Both the position numbers and the translations under genes were made by a program. Of a DNA stretch of 64,000 nt, positions 63,110 through 64,000 are shown piece after piece (positions within the stretch are counted from its first letter, which is position 1; every line of letters begins with the position of its first letter). The DNA is from Octopus vulgaris. Lineage: Eukaryota. The notes under the pieces were generated by a model, which saw nothing but the letters and a program-made list of their open reading frames with translations, was not told the origin of the DNA and did not search any database. The stretch covers positions 41,416,001 through 41,480,000 of the forward strand of contig OX597830.1 in assembly GCA_951406725.2 (NCBI GenBank). The letters run 5' to 3'.

Positions 63110-64000
63110 GTGAGTTTTTCTTTTTACATATTAACCCTTTAGCATTCAGATTATTCTGTTAAATGTAAAGCTTATTTATTCCACATTATTTTGAATTACT
63201 CACACATTATCTCGTAGCTTCAAGATTTCAGTGGTGTGTTTTGAATGTTTTAGAATGACATTGTAGGGTAGGTGCCAGCACTACTCCACTCTCAGAGTGG
63301 TTGGTGTTAGGAAGGGCATCCAGCTGTAGAAAACTTGCCAGATCAGATTGGAGCCTGGCACAGCCTACTGGGTTTCCAGACCTCAGTCAAACTGTCCAAC
63401 CCATGCCAGCATGGAAAGCAGACGTTAAATGATGAGGATGATGATCTGTAAGGTTTTTACATATATAATAAAATTTGTCGTGTATGTGTACATGTTTATG
63501 TCTGCATAGGAAAGAAAGGTGAAAAGTATGAGACAGAGAAAAGGAGAAAGAAGGTGAAGAAGGAAAGAAAGAAAACAAAGGATAAAAATTACTATTGAAA
63601 GGGAAGCAGTGTTGACCTGCTTTCTCATTGTTTTATGCTGAATGATATTACAGATAAACAATAGAAAAAAGGAGTCATATGTTGATGAGTTGTAAGCAAA
63701 GGAGGGTGTGAAGCTACAAACATGGCAAACAAAGACTGAAAAAATCAAAAAAGCTTATATTAAATGGGTGTTGGGTGGGCATGATGAATTACAGGACTTT
63801 ATGTGACCATTCATACTTTAAATGCTGACATAGTCAAGAAAATATGTGTCTGAGGTTTCTTTTGAAATGAACAGAAGCTAAAACATTATTTATTTAGTTA
63901 TAAAAAGATAAATAGGTTAGGGTTTGGCTGTGTAGTTATGAAGCTTGTTTTGCAACTATTTGCAGCACCTTGGGTGTGTGCCTTCTACTATAACCCCAAG

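Overview
AT-rich, microsatellite- and transposon-dense animal genomic DNA with spliceosomal genes. The SINE/MITE repertoire resembles an octopus (coleoid cephalopod) genome; this is an inference from recognition. Three host genes can be read. (1) The 1.4-kb terminal exon (8590-9998, +) of a Ly6/uPAR (three-finger, quiver-like) protein with a long N-glycosylated acidic stalk and a GPI-type C-terminus. (2) A complete 7-exon phosphopantothenate-cysteine ligase gene (PPCS, - strand, 55894->34607, 310 aa); its second intron has a U12-type donor, GTATCCTT. (3) The 5' part of HIBCH (+), head-to-head with PPCS, whose mitochondrial presequence appears to start in two 25-nt micro-exons. The rest is decayed mobile DNA: mariner/DD37D, hAT-Buster, TTAA MITEs, a Helentron-like element, RTE/Tx1/R4-Dong/Penelope fragments and several SINE families. 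The most unusual element is a repeat family that joins a tRNA-like Pol III head to a Penelope-type minimal hammerhead ribozyme in a fold-back arrangement. Almost all listed short ORFs are microsatellite or repeat artefacts. Repeat boundaries are approximate; exon boundaries were read to the base.
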